The notes below the pieces were generated by a model that was not told the DNA's origin, did not search any database, and worked only from the letters and a program-made list of their open reading frames with translations. 64,000 bases of DNA from Lingula anatina. Taxonomy: Eukaryota > Animalia > Brachiopoda. This document shows, one piece after another, positions 27,684 through 48,100 of the stretch. Both the position numbers and the translations under genes were made by a program. The stretch lies in assembly GCA_051362555.1 (NCBI GenBank), contig CM120643.1:2728001-2792000 (forward strand). The letters are read 5' to 3'. Every line of letters begins with the position of its first letter. Position 1 is the stretch's first letter.

Positions 27684-30310
27684 TATGTGGTACGTTTGTG
27701 CACCGCCTGTAATCCTAGTTTTTGACCGAGACTGCAGTTATTAAAAAAATCTAGACACTCCTTTTAATTATTTTTATCATTATTATCGTTTTTTATAACG
27801 GTGTCTGGAGTTGTACATTAACTAATTCACTGGACTCTTATTTAAGATCTATGCTTACATGTTACCCAAGAAGTAACTATAGTCGGATCATCTAGCTTGA
27901 TTCCGTGCAGTTGGACGAAAACGCTTATCAGTATTCCGAATACCAAATGAAGATAACCCGCACGATTAATCGTGTCACCTACGAAGGACAATTTGGGTCG
28001 CTTAAGGATGCCGATTGGAATATTTTAACTGATCCGATCATTCAGATATTTTTTGTGTATGAAGGTTAAAAAATTGCTTCCCTTTGCGAGTAATCAAACT
28101 GTCTCCCGCCTTGTTTTCATCAGCTTAACACGGGCATGCGTATATAGACAGTTACGTTCATATTGTCGTTAACTAGAGAACAAAAGCGCGTCATCTGTTA
28201 TCATGTTTCTATATTAAAGTGTTCCATTGCCTATTAAATGCATACAAATACGTACTTTAACCAATACAACCCGTCTCATTCTATTTAAAAAGACTCTGAT
28301 AATTGAGGTAGCATGTAGTAGTTAAAAAAGAAAAAATAATAAGAATAAAAAAGTTAGTGATACGGAAAGCAACTTGATCGAATCCCCGTTTTTTTTTTCT
28401 TTTTTTTTTAAATATATATATATATAAAGGTAACAGTTAAAACTAAACAAAACATACTTTGCCTGCTACGACTTTTGATAATTTCCATCAGACATTTCGC
28501 AGTCGACGTAATCAAAAAATAAAAATAAAGATAGACAATAGAAATGAACAAAGCAGCACGTCTTTGAGTTTGCATAAAGTCTTTCAAGGTTATGACGGTA
28601 GAAAGGCACGTAAAGAGAGACCAATATCCTCTCCTCTCGTTCAATATCCCATGGCACAACCTGATACAAGTGGTATACATTTGTCCCTCTTTTCTGTCAG
28701 CTAAAAATCCTTAATTCTGACCTCCCAAACAGTGACCTTGACCGAATAAAATCTCGACCAGTTAAATTGGGCTTTGTTCCACTGTCAAGTTTCATAAGTG
28801 GAATCTGTCCAAAATATAAGTCCCTATAACTGCCAAATCGTATTTTCTGTTGACTTTAAATTTACTTCGTACCTTTGTTTGGGTAAAAAGATCTTTTTTT
28901 TTTTTTTTTTTTTTTTTTGCGAAAATATGCATGACCAAAATGGCACCTAGACTTTATATATATATGTCCTGGAGCCCCAATGAAACACATAAAAAACTAC
29001 AAAGGAAACACTTCTAGCCTCATGCATGCAATGGAGTGAATGGTTGTGACCTGTCGGCAAAAAAGAGCTTTATCTCACTTTATTTGCGAAAGCCAGGTTT
29101 GTCTGCATAAATTTTGCTAATATTTGCTCGACTGTTGTTACTGTCACTGGCGCCGTAGAACATACTCAATCTTTCACTGTCAAAATCAGTTTGTTTTAGT
29201 TTCGATTTGTTAGGTTCAAGATCGGTCGCAATTATATCTAGCCCTGTCTTCTCTAACGCAACCAACGTCAGCTTGCTAGAATCGCAACCATCTTCAACAG
29301 GAGCATTGATTGCTAACGAAATACCTTTGATTTTGTGCCACTTATTTATAGACATTTCTTTATCATTTGCCATTGAAATTTAAATCACAGTTCTGTTTTA
29401 GTAGACCAAAAAACGCAGGAAAAATTCTTAACCAATTTCTTCATCCTTTCAGCTTTTACCCTTTGAATACGTAGGTAATAAATAGCTTATTTTTACAGTT
29501 TTTTTATCCAACTGGCCAATCATTTTATGCACAGTAACAACCGCCGGCCACTTCCTGAACGAGGTCACAACCCTCAGTGGCAATAACATTCTTCAAACAC
29601 CCTCAAAATTTGAACAATGTAAAAAAAAATATATAAACGTATGGGGTAAGGAGACCCCACAAAAAATCGAACAATTGACCATTGAAATATGAATAAATTT
29701 ATTCATTCATTTCCATGTCAACAGTTTGCAGTGACATTTTATTCTAGTATTAAACTTTCATTCAAACATTATAAATGTTTAAAGTAAACATGGCAAATGG
29801 AGCGCAATTTACACATACCCCTGTATACGTATAAAATATTCTTTAATTGTACAATTAATGACTGATTGGAGATTACAAAACAGCATATTGACGAAAAGCA
29901 AAATGTACTTGTTATATCATTTAATTCAAAACCAGGATGTCTGTGCCTTACGTGTACAAGATAATATCAAACTTAATCCGCCACATAGTTTGTCGTGTGA
30001 TTGATGCTTCCTTCACTCTAATTGTTCAATCGTTTTATTTTGAAGTTTATCTTTATCTTTTGCTGTTGCGCGAGGTAGTAAATAAAACTCTGTTATTATC
30101 TTTCATATTAGTTATAAACTACTTTCTAGTTAGTCCCCGCGTAGATTTCTTCCCGTTTCTATCTCTACCTCATGCAATCTCTTACGGCCATCTCTCGTTT
30201 ACATTACACGCAGTTGTATAAGTATCATAAGACCATGTCAATCAACTCACTTGCTATATAAAACACTCCCCGCCCCTTTTTTTTCCTGGCTGTCAATTAC
30301 TAATATTACA

Positions 30311-30506
30311 TTATTGATATTATGTGTCCCTCACTTCAATTGGTCAGTCGTCTTATTGATAATATGTCCCTCACTTCAATTGGTCAGTCGTCTTATTGAT
30401 AATGTGTCCCTCACTTCAATTGGTCAGTCGTCTTATTGATAATGTGTCCCTCACTTCAATTGGTCAGTCGTCTTATTGATAATATGTCCCTCACTTCAAT
30501 TGGTCA
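30311..30506. repeat. 40-bp minisatellite TTATTGATAATRTGTCCCTCACTTCAATTGGTCAGTCGTC, about 5 copies
   Basis: Directly adjacent near-identical units with period 40 and no spacers. Confidence 0.95.
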
Positions 30507-30909
30507 AAACCACGGACTACGACAGGGTCAAAATTATGCTTGGTGGTTACGTCAAAGGTCAATATAGAATTTTATCATACACTGAATTCTCGGATATAAG
30601 ATTGTGTTCTATGCTTATTATACAACAGGATGAAATAATATTTAATTTATATTTGATTATAAAAATGTTGATAATTCAATTCCAAAAACTGCGCACAGAC
30701 TTCGTGTCCCAAACGTCTCGACTTTTTCATGAATTTAGACATCTCTGTAATACTTTTAAGTACATTAAAATACATTAAAATGTATAAAATGTATAAAGAA
30801 TCATCTGAAGTCTTACTTGGCTCTTTCTGAAATACAATATGTATTGAAATGTACAAAAATATAACGTTTTATAAAAATAGTTCATCTTGAAGGATGTCTT
30901 CAAATTTCT

Positions 30910-37312
<6,403 letters not shown>

Positions 37313-38070
37313 ATTTCCCCCTCACCAACAGTCACCAGTTCGGGGAATACGTCAGCCTGTAATCCTTCGATAAAGATAAAAACAAATGTAGAAATGTTCA
37401 CCCAAATAAAGTTATCAGCCCGGCAATAGGTCGCAGACCTATCTGAAACGCTGTCACGGTTTCTTGACTTCTATATGTATAACGCACTGGTATGCACCCG
37501 TGGTATACTACAAGTAGCAGCTATGGTGTTAAAGCACGGTGTAAAGTTCCCCTTCACTCCGCTGCTGTTGTGACGAGCCAGCCCCCAGTGCTTGCCTGAA
37601 AGGGAAGTATAAGACCATAATTGAGAGGACGATTTCACACGGTTTATAACACAAAAGCGCACTGAATTCTCCGTGTTTACCGAAGCGATTGATTTCAGCG
37701 TGTTTCATAAACGTGGTCGAGAACGTGTGACGCTGGAGCTGACGCACTAGTGATGAATGGTTCACACGTCCGTACATGTGAACTTTACTGGAGAGAACTA
37801 CATGTGTACGTGCACTTATATTAAGGCCATATTGACTCGACCAACTTGAGTATAAAATTATTTTGTTACGCTGATTGTATATATATTATGTATATTCTGA
37901 GCTTGTAAAAATAATTTGTACTTTTTGCTCACGGTGGAATAAACTATCTATCTATCTATCTATGTATGCTTAATGTACGTTAAATATATACATGTGTGAA
38001 AATGGGAGTATGTAATTACAAATGTGTATGCAAGTGCACGTGTTTTCCTACAGGTCTAACCCCCCCCCCC

Positions 38071-38130
<60 letters not shown>

Positions 38131-39717
38131 CAATTTCCAATAATCCCACGCGGACGCAGTGGAAGCACGACAAGAGAAGAAATACGATCACACAAGGACG
38201 CTGATCCAAACGCTAGGAAGTAATCACGTCCTTGAAACCGCATGTTTTTGTGAACGCTCTTTATATTGAAATACCACAGTCCAATCATGTACTGATAAAG
38301 TGAACAAAATGACAAATATAGGTTAGGTAATCAATAATAAACCCTGACTGTGTTAACACAGTAATGCAGGGGCTTTTCACTTATACTTTAAGTCAACTTC
38401 TCTATGGCTCAAGGACATTTTATTTTTGCGATATAAGCTGATGTTTTTCAGACTTCTTGATAAAAACTCGAAGCCTTACATAACGGCGTATCACACACTG
38501 GAAGACTCGCTGACGAGATAGTGCAGATATTGTAAGGGCACACAGCCTCGGTGATTCAGCGTCAATATCATATTATCAGCGCGTTGGACACACATTTAAA
38601 ACATTGGCAAACATTAAACAAGTCATGTATACACCATAAAAATAGTTATACTCGCCCCAGTGATAAGATAAATGTAGACACATAGAGACCGAGATGCTAA
38701 AGGAGAAAGTTTCCAAAAAGATTTCAGTGCTGCAACTGACAAGCACAATGTGTAACGAAGTAATATGTTCACATACGATTACTTCCTTGACTTACTGAAT
38801 ATCACTGCTACTCCACTTGTCTGCTTTCCTGTTGTATCGCCTGTCTTGTCGAACCTCAGACCTTTTAAACGTGGTTGCGATTGTGCTGTAATCGCTCACC
38901 TGTGTGGACGCTTAATAACGTCAACCTTTTAAATGTCCCTCTGTCAACCTCGAGCTGCTTTGATTAACATATAGGTCACAGCCCGACGTGAGATTTTTCA
39001 ATTGGGCCCACAACTCGTGTTTACTTTTCACGACACGATGGTTACATATAGTAGTACGGTGTTAAGTTCCCCTGTTAAGTAGTAGTAGTAGTAGTAGTAG
39101 TAGTAGGTATTTATTTCAAAGAAGTTATACAGTTTTATAACATTAAATATGAGACTAAAACACTAAAATCTTCTCCTGCAGTAGACGCTGCAAAGATATC
39201 AGTCTAGACAACTGTTGCAAACTGCAATTAACGTTTAGAATATGCAATAAACTTCAATGAACACTTAGAAAATATAATAAACTGTCATAAACATTTAAAA
39301 AATATCACTTAATGATAAAAATGACAATTTCTTACTAATTTAAATTCTGTCTTTGGAAGATTCTGTATATTTCGTCAGCCGTCCCACATACTTCGCGGCA
39401 GTTCTCCTGTTCCCAAAAAGCCGTTACAGACACAAAGTTCCTATTTGGATGATTACCCCTGACTTGTAAAGAGGTGCAATGGCATTTAATATGAGGTACT
39501 GTCTGAATTTGGTCACATTTACACAGGCACTTTTCCGGTGGCAGGCGGGACCCAAAACCACGCCCCACAGCCAAGCCATGTAACAACAAACGAAGCCTAT
39601 AGTTACAGTTATTCGTTCGTATTTTATTCTGTTATGGGTTAGGCTCGAATGTTGCTTGGTGTATAACTTATTTTTTATATTTTTCGGACTTCTGAACAAA
39701 TTCTTATATGCTTTCTA

Positions 39718-39889
39718 CGGGCCCGTAGCCAGGGGGGTTCGGGGGGTTCGAAAGAACCGCCCCTTTTGCTTGGAAAAGGTCCACTCTGGGTGAAATTTGA
39801 CCTAGCTACATGGAAGTTTTTATGGAAAAAGGTCCACTTTTTCAGAAAAAGAACCTCCCCCCCTTTTGAAATTGCTGGCTACGGGCCTG
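39718..39889. mobile_element. MITE family C (TIR CAGGCCCGTAGCCAG), 6-bp TSD TTTCTA
   Basis: TTTCTA|CGGGCCCGTAGCCAG...CTGGCTACGGGCCTG|TTTCTA. Confidence 0.85.
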
Positions 39890-41048
39890 TTTCTATGTCT
39901 TTTTCCAAAGCGTTCCCGCTCAACACCACTGCGCATATATTACACGCAGAACTTTTGTGAATGGTATTGCAAAGATACCATGTATAAAAAATGGGTCGTC
40001 CAGCATTACGGAGCGGCCTTGAACGATTTTGGACATTAATTTGCGTTTAGCTTCCTTTACCCTCGCTTTCGTCGACGTGGAGATTTTTCAATGAGACGAA
40101 GCCCTTTATGTGGTGGTCTGCACACCCAACGCTGCTTTAATTAAAGAACGGTACACTACTTCAACTACATGTAATGCACCTTCGACCATTGACAGTGCTT
40201 TTGCAGAAAATATTTAACTTTGTTCTTCGATGAAAATCGTTTTAAGTTATAGTTTAACCAGGGAATGAAATGTAACCTTTATTTTATATCACTCAGTCTT
40301 TTTATATTTGAGAAAAATAAATGATAAATATATTAATATTTCTCAAATCAATTTTCTCTGTTCCCATGCCTCCATATATCTTTTTTTATTATATCTTTAT
40401 GACTGAAACAAATGACACTCAATCACAAAATTCCGGTTTGGGCTAAGGATACTCGATAAACTTTGCTTGACGTCATAATCTTTATAACGTTACAAATAAC
40501 AGGCCTTGAGGGGTAGTATCTAGACCGTGGAAAAACAGCCACATCCTTATCCATCCCAATATTCTTAAGAATATTTTGTTGTTATTTTATTGTTAGATAA
40601 ATTTTATTGTCATTGAGGTCAGTAAATGGGACGGAATCGATAACAGCCCAGACAGTGAGGACGAATATAAGAATGGACCCACCGGGCCGAGTAACGCGCT
40701 GACAAAAGATCGGGAAAATCTGATCTCTCTAGTTTCGAGTTTCTTCAGAAAATGTATAGAGGTTCAATTTCTTTTAAACGTTCGCTCTCCAGGTGAAAGA
40801 GATATTCTAATTTATTGGAAGGTAATACTTAAGAGCGGCATGAGTAGCATCAACTTTGCAGCGATTCTTTAGAAAATGGCAATGACAACTAGGACGGAAG
40901 TGTTTAACTTTAAAACGCACTATTAATTCCCCTGGAACCAATCCCTCTCCTGATTTATAGTGGACTGAAAAATGCACCGTTCCAATCCAGTTACTGCCCC
41001 CTTTTATCGGTTTTCTTGGATTTCGTTTTTGAACAGTGTTTTTTTCTT

Positions 41049-41094
<46 letters not shown>

Positions 41095-41714
41095 GGGGGG
41101 GGGGGTCAAATGGTCCCCTCTTGAAGATAGAATTTTCACTAGCTGAATCATAGTTCTAAACCGTACCAAATGGCACCGTTCTCCCTCTAAAATATTAAAA
41201 TTTTACGGGGCACTTCACCAGGCCCCGAACTCCACGTCAAGGAGAGGGGGGGGGAAGGATCGGCTTCGCATCTGCGGAACCCCTTCAAATAATCCTGGAT
41301 CTGCTCCTGTTTGAAGTAAGTGTTATTTTCAAATAAAGACATTTGTAGCAACTGCGTCTGTACTGTAACTATGATCAAATAAGCACTATACCGCCTCATT
41401 AAATGTTTTGTCTTAATGTAAGCGCCCATCAACCATAATGTTCAGGTGCTGAGTAATTCCATTTTAATTCTAAAGAATTTTATAATGACTTTAAATGTGA
41501 AGGCTATGTCCTTGGTCAAGGGGGGTGGTCACCTTTGACCACCGAGGAACATTAAGTACCTCTACATCGGACGTCTCTGAATAAAATAAGATTTAAATAA
41601 TGATTAAAAATACATAAACATCGGTCTTATCTTAATTTATAAAGAATACCATTTAGTGGAGCGGACGCATCACGTGTGGTCGACCCCAAATCAAGTTCAT
41701 TCGAGATAATCTAA

Positions 41715-41932
41715 GACTGCATTCCCACAGCTTTTAGATCGATCTATCCCTGAGGGGAGTCTCAATAGATTACTGTCAGCTTAGCCGGCTTAAATGTCTG
41801 TCCCGCCTTCTAAAAGTTGTAAAGGGGTAATTAACTTCCGTGCGAGCTCAGCTGACAGCGATTTAGCGTGAACCCCCTGGGAGTTAGGTCGATCCAGATG
41901 GGGATGCAGTCTAAAACTATGGGAATGCAGTC
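41715..41932. mobile_element. MITE family A copy, TAA TSD
   Basis: TAA|GACTGCATTCCCA...TGGGAATGCAGTC|TAA, with a local tandem duplication of the right terminus. Confidence 0.85.
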
Positions 41933-42365
41933 TAAAACTGGTCTATCTGTACAGCGTGAATGAAAGCATCATCCTATTTTTTAAAATACCGCCCACATTT
42001 CTTACATATCCCTAGAAAAATTGATAAACAAGAAATTAAAAGATGTACGGAGAGAAGATAAATCCTGTCAGTTTTTATTTATTGCACAACTGTAATTGCT
42101 GCCTTTTTTACTCTTTTACTCCCCGCTAAAAACTCCCCGGAATCTCGTTTGATTTCACGCTAAATCGCGAGACTTAAGGCTATCTTAGATGAGGAACTGA
42201 TGACGAAGTCTTATATTTATTACAAATTGTCGAATCTTCTATGTATCGGCGAGCCAGTCTGTTGATGTACAATTCTAAACGGATGGAGCACATACTAGTA
42301 CGGTTGTTTTAACACTATAAAGCGCAAGTAGCAATAACATTCATTTATTGCCCTAAGGTGCATAA

Positions 42366-42540
42366 GAACGCATTCAGCACAGTGGACTAACTAGTCCGAG
42401 GGTCAAATATGGCCGACCCACTTGAATACTTTCCCACGGGGAATCTTTTCAGTGTCTATTAGCGGATTACATGGCAATATTTTTAGTAGATCGCCACATT
42501 TGGGCCTCGGACTAGTCAGTCCCCTATTCTGAATGTGCTC
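42366..42540. mobile_element. MITE family B copy, TAA TSD, 54 bp downstream of the SLC15 E stop codon
   Basis: TAA|GAACGCATTCAG...CTGAATGTGCTC|TAA. Further copies 43399-43576 and about 46770-46932. Confidence 0.85.
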
Positions 42541-42594
42541 TAAGTGTTAAACAGGGACAAATTGTTCTCAGCTCTTCTGCATTCAAAATATTCC

Positions 42595-45158
42595 CTAGCA
42601 GGAGGGCTCTGATACAGGCATCTCAGAACTGGAGGTCTTTGGCGTGGTTTCTCCGTCTATTTCAGGTTTAGCGGAGTTATAACTTGACTCAACATTCCCA
42701 TCGGTCTTATCGTTCTCTTGTTTCTGACAAAGGTTTGTTCCGGAGCTGTTGCCTGAAGGGTTTTGAGAAGAGGAAGCCTCTTGAATGGATACACGCTCCA
42801 ATTTCTTCCTAGCATTGGCGTCAATGGAGCGCTTGCGCATTGTCTTATTGACGTATCGTGCAGTCAGTAGAAAGAATATAAAACATATTGTTAGAAGTGC
42901 CATTAACAGTAGCAGGTAGTAATCCGCTCGGCCTAGATGTTTTAATTGTTGCACGTCTTCGAAGCTGATCCAATCTGAAGAAAACCAACAGTTTCATTCA
43001 ATACAAGTAAAAAATCTTTAAATGAACAGTTCATATTCTTGCTGTCTTAATCTTTATATGATTAAAGAAAAAAGCCTAAAGAGACGCCATAGTAATTGTT
43101 TAGTTTGGGAATCACTACCCACGTTTATTAGTGTGTATTCGTGTCAGCGTCCTCCGTCAGAGGGGCATTAGAAGCAAAGGATGTATATCTACTCAGAATA
43201 CTGAGACATTGTCAGGTATTATTTCATACCTTTTTCGTACTTATTCACAAACGCGAGAACCCCAAATGCTGCAAAGTACCCCAGTCCAGTCGCGGTCCAG
43301 AAGAGGCCGAGTGCCGTACACCTTAGGCCTCTAGGAGCCCCCAAGAACGCCATCTCCATCCCTAGTGAGAGAAATAAAACTTTGTACCAAATAACTTAGA
43401 GCGCGTTCAGAACAGCGGGCTAACTGATCAGCGGATCAAATATCAGCAACCCACTTGAATGCTTGTTGTGTAATCTTTGAGGGAAATCTATTCAGTGACT
43501 AATTGGGAATTAAGCTTTTTAAAGGGTCGCCATATTTGATCCGCGGATCTATAAGGTCGCTGTTCTAAATGTACTCCAGTAGTAAGTGGTTATCTGGGAA
43601 AAGTTTTTCTATAAAAAGTATTTCCACAAACAAAACTAAAATGTAGGTAAAAGAACATGCAAAAAACTGGAAGCAGAAGAGTGTGTATTGCTCGTTTCAG
43701 AAATCTACAAGTGTATAATTTTAAACTGAATTACCTAATATCAAGCAAATGGCTGAGTATGAAAGGTATGAAAAGTATAGCCATAACTCAGCCATCCGTG
43801 AATTAATAAAATGTACTTGCAACAGACAATCTTGAAATTTGAGATCACCATATATAATTAAACGTTGATATTTTCGCTTCAAGTTAAAACAAAAATAAGA
43901 AGTCTACTATATGTAAAAAAAATCCGTCTCACCTGAAACAAGCGTCATGATTTCCCCCGCGCCAACAAGAGCATACTGAGGAAGAAGAATGAAAACTGAC
44001 AGGGATGCGTTCCCGTTGTGGTCCTTGAAGTCTGCCTTCCGAGCTGTCTCCATGTTAATAGCGAGAAAAGCTGATATCACGGCACAGGCAACACCTATTC
44101 CTGAAACGTTGGAATAAAATGGCAAAAACAGTTAATTGATGAGCATTCCTTGTGTGCTTCAGAAATGTGCAACAGTGGCTGATTTCATATTGGATTATTA
44201 CATAACAAAATGGCTAAACAATTGATTAATAAGTATGGCGGGGGATGATGCACAAATTCAAGCGTCTACAGATAATTGAAAAATCCATTGTGTTAGGTGT
44301 GGCACTTAACTGGCGATTGTGTTAGGTGTGCCATATTCCTGAAGACTGTGCTGCGTGTACCAGTTTACAGAGGATTTCATTTTTAAGCCCCCTTTACACT
44401 GGGCAGCGTCCTTTCTGCGTAGTACGGCCCTGTTTGAAGAGTTAAAAAAAAACAATAATACTTTACGTGCAGACAACTGACCGATCATTTAGCATTCATT
44501 TTGAAACCAAAGCGATGCTTGTGCCTCCTTTTTAAGACCACAGCGATGCCTGATTCATGGTTGCACAAAGGAAACAGAAAGGACGGCGTCCGCTGTAAAT
44601 GGGTTTTTAGGAGCTCAAGTTGTTTGCGGACTTCATTGTGATAGTTTTGCTACTTGGGTGGGCCGTAGGTTGCTCTTTTGTGTTTGGAGTCTGTACATGT
44701 ATTGTGCAAGGCAAATTAATCTACATGGGGGGTCCCCATGTAGATCAAAGATAGAGAGAAAAAACAACTAAACTTGAAACAAAAATTCGGTTACCCATGC
44801 GTGAGAAAAGATCCACCTTCAACTTTCGCCATCGCAATTTGGATTTAAACAAGACAAGAGCTACTATTGTTAAAACGATGACAGTAATGTCATTGAAACT
44901 TGTTAAAAAGGTGGAAGAGACCAGGATGTTGGAAGGAGAAAGCAGGAGTGTTGCCTGAAGTGAATATGTTGTCAGCATCTGAAAATAAAGATGAAACATC
45001 TATTACATCCAACTGAAAATGAATTCTAATTATGATAAATTATCCGTTGGAATTCAATGCCATTTCACTTTATGTTACAGTTCAAGGTGTTACTTCTACA
45101 TGTAGCATCGAAAAATTTGAATTTGTAGTTTTTGTGACGACCCTGTTGTGCTATTTTC

Positions 45159-45194
<36 letters not shown>

Positions 45195-48100
45195 CACACA
45201 TTTTCAGCCATAATCATTTTAAATGTTAATCTATCCTTTATTTTTATATACTATATTATATGTACAAGATCTACCGGGGGGTAGTATTGGAAAACTTTAT
45301 GAAATATGACTACAAGACATGAGGTTGATTAAAAGCGAAGGATAAAGTGCAACTGGTAGGCCCTGAATGTGTCAGAACGGTTAAAATGTAACTGCAATTA
45401 ATATTTTTATACCTGTGAATAGATAATACTAAAGGAGAAAACGGAGGAGTTCACAAGAATTAAAGTGACCAGTCGTTTAAAACTACTGGCAGCGCCCTCT
45501 CTTCTACGCCGTCTCTGGCCTGTCACATGTCTTTGGCGGTCCTTGGATGACCGCCGCCAACTTTTTATCAATATCCAAACCTCTCCACATGTGGTTAACC
45601 CTAGATGTGCGGACAAATATTTAAATATTATGTATTTTATTTTGTCTAGCGTTGTTGAAGGTATACAAAAATGTAAAAGCGTTCTTTTTCAATGTTTTAG
45701 TCTCATTACATTGTTATTTTTCTATAAATTTTATGAATTTTGATTTCTTTAACTCTTGTATTTTTTGTTACTGAATGTCCATGTTTAAAAACATAAGCAG
45801 AAAGTTACATGTATGTGATGTCATTACATTCTAAAATTAGTTAAATATATACTCATTTATAACAGATTTCAGTATGCTAAAAAATCTAACATTAAAACAT
45901 ATCATAATTACCTTCTATTTTCTTTTCTATTTTATAGCGTCTCAGTCCAACCAAATATAACAGCAGAGCGGCCAAAGTGGCTGCAAGAGCGGGCCAAAAC
46001 TGTCCATCCCCCGCAGGCCCAAAGACAAACGTCACCAGGTAGTTCACAAGAAGGGCGCCACAGTTACGTAACAAGTAGAACCTGAATTCAGATAGTATTG
46101 AAACTGATCTTGTTGTTACTTTTAATATGTCATATTACAAAAGTATCTTCGCAGGCCCGTAGCTACATGTACCTCCGTAGCAACTGCAAAAGGGGGTTCT
46201 ATTTCGGAAAATGTGGACCTTTTGTTATGAAAACTTAGTGTGCCTAGATCAAATTTTTCCAGAGTGGACCTTTTCCAAGCAAAAAAGAGGGTTCTTTCGA
46301 CCCCCCCAAACCCCCTTTGGCAACGGGACTGCTTCTGTTATATGTCTCTACGTACACCATTTGGAAATTGGAAGACTGAAAAATACTGTAAGGTATTGCA
46401 GAACTGTAATAAATAATATCAAGGATGTTCATTTTGCAATTTTGCAGTATTCTGATGCCTTAGCTAATTTTTTTATCTGTCATATTTTTCAGGGATGGGG
46501 TTGGCCTGCCATTTTGGTTTAAAATAAAGGGGAAGGTCACTGCCTATTCCCTATGACCAGCTACATGTAGGTCCAAACTTGAAACTAGAAAGACAGGTCT
46601 TCGCTAAGTAATCCCAATCCTGCTTATTGGTTAACTGTAATTACAAAAAAACAATATTAACTGGTCTCAACCAAAATTTAGGTAAACCAAGTTCTGACTT
46701 ATCCTGAATTTTTTTGCACATAAAAATTTGAGTTATTATCGCACATGTCGGTGGTAATAATGATTACATAGACCCATTCAGAACAGTGGAATAGCTAGTC
46801 AGAGGGTCAAATATGTCCGACCCAATTGAATACTTCCCCACTGGAGTTCAGTGTCTATTAGCAAATTAGACAGCAAGCTTTGTTGTGGGTCGCCATATTT
46901 GACGCTCGGACTAGTTAGTCCCTTATTCAATGATAACTTACATAAGCATCACTAGTTCACAGTTGTACTCGTTCACAGTCAGCTGCGTTGCTCCCAAAAT
47001 TGCCAGTGTGGGTGACACACACGCCTCCGCCAACACGACAAACGCCACGGAGGCCGTCGCTAGCGACTTCTTGCTGGTTTTCTAAAAAAAAGAGTATCAA
47101 TTAATTCCTTGAGTGTTACTCACAGACGACAATTTGAGCGCATTTAGAACATAGACCGGCGGACCTACTGATTCGCGGACTAAATATGGCCGACCCATCA
47201 TAAAGGGAAGCCGCTTAATCTCCTTGTGGTCTCACCACCTCTACACGCGCCATTAAACGGATTAAATTTCGACTCCGAGGTTTTATTACTAGGCCCTCGC
47301 AGGGACGGCGCTTGTGGAGGCAGGAAGACCATCACCTACCGAATCAGCTAGGGGTAAAGATAATTACCCCCTAACAGTTTTACTAGGCGTGACAGACGTT
47401 TAAGCCGGTTACTTTGATAGCAATTTAGTGAGACTCCCTAGGGAGATAGATCGATCCAAATATCTGTGGGAATGGGCCCTAAGAGTATATGAGAGGAGGA
47501 CTATACACTTTCAAGATAAGACAGTAGTTTTCTCAGAGACATGACTAAACTTCAGGGAGATGTAAGTTCTAAAATTAAGTTCCATGCATGCTCAAGATTC
47601 CCACACCAACCTGTGAATCCACTGTAGATATCTCCAACATCATGGCGCCTACAATGTATCATCAAACGTCATGTAAATGAAAGATAGACTTAATGCGCAG
47701 GCGATTTTTCTTTGTCGTTTAAAGTGTTCTTTTATTTCATATTGAAATGTTTTTACTATAAAACATCCGATATATATACTTTGTTATCACCGACTTAATT
47801 CATGTGCGTGAAATTGCAATTTATACAGAGACAAAAAGAAAATAATGTAATGCATATATAGAATCATGTTAGGGGTAGTTTTTAAAACGTTTCTATATAC
47901 AGTGGTTTTTAATACAAACTAGCATGTCCAACAGACAAAGGTTGGCATGTAGTGCAAAAGCGTTAGGTTCTTAGACCCCATTCCCAGAGCTTAGATCGAT
48001 CTACTTTAGATCGACCTAACTCCCTGGGGGTTCACGCTAAATAGCTGTCAGCCGAGTTGGCACGAAAGTTAATTACCCCCTTACAGCTTGTAGTAGGCGG

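Noticed and set aside
44719-44745. 12-bp-stem hairpin ATCTACATGGGG-GGT-CCCCATGTAGAT as a Helitron end or terminator
   Set aside because: No downstream CTRR terminus or associated element visible; isolated intronic palindrome.
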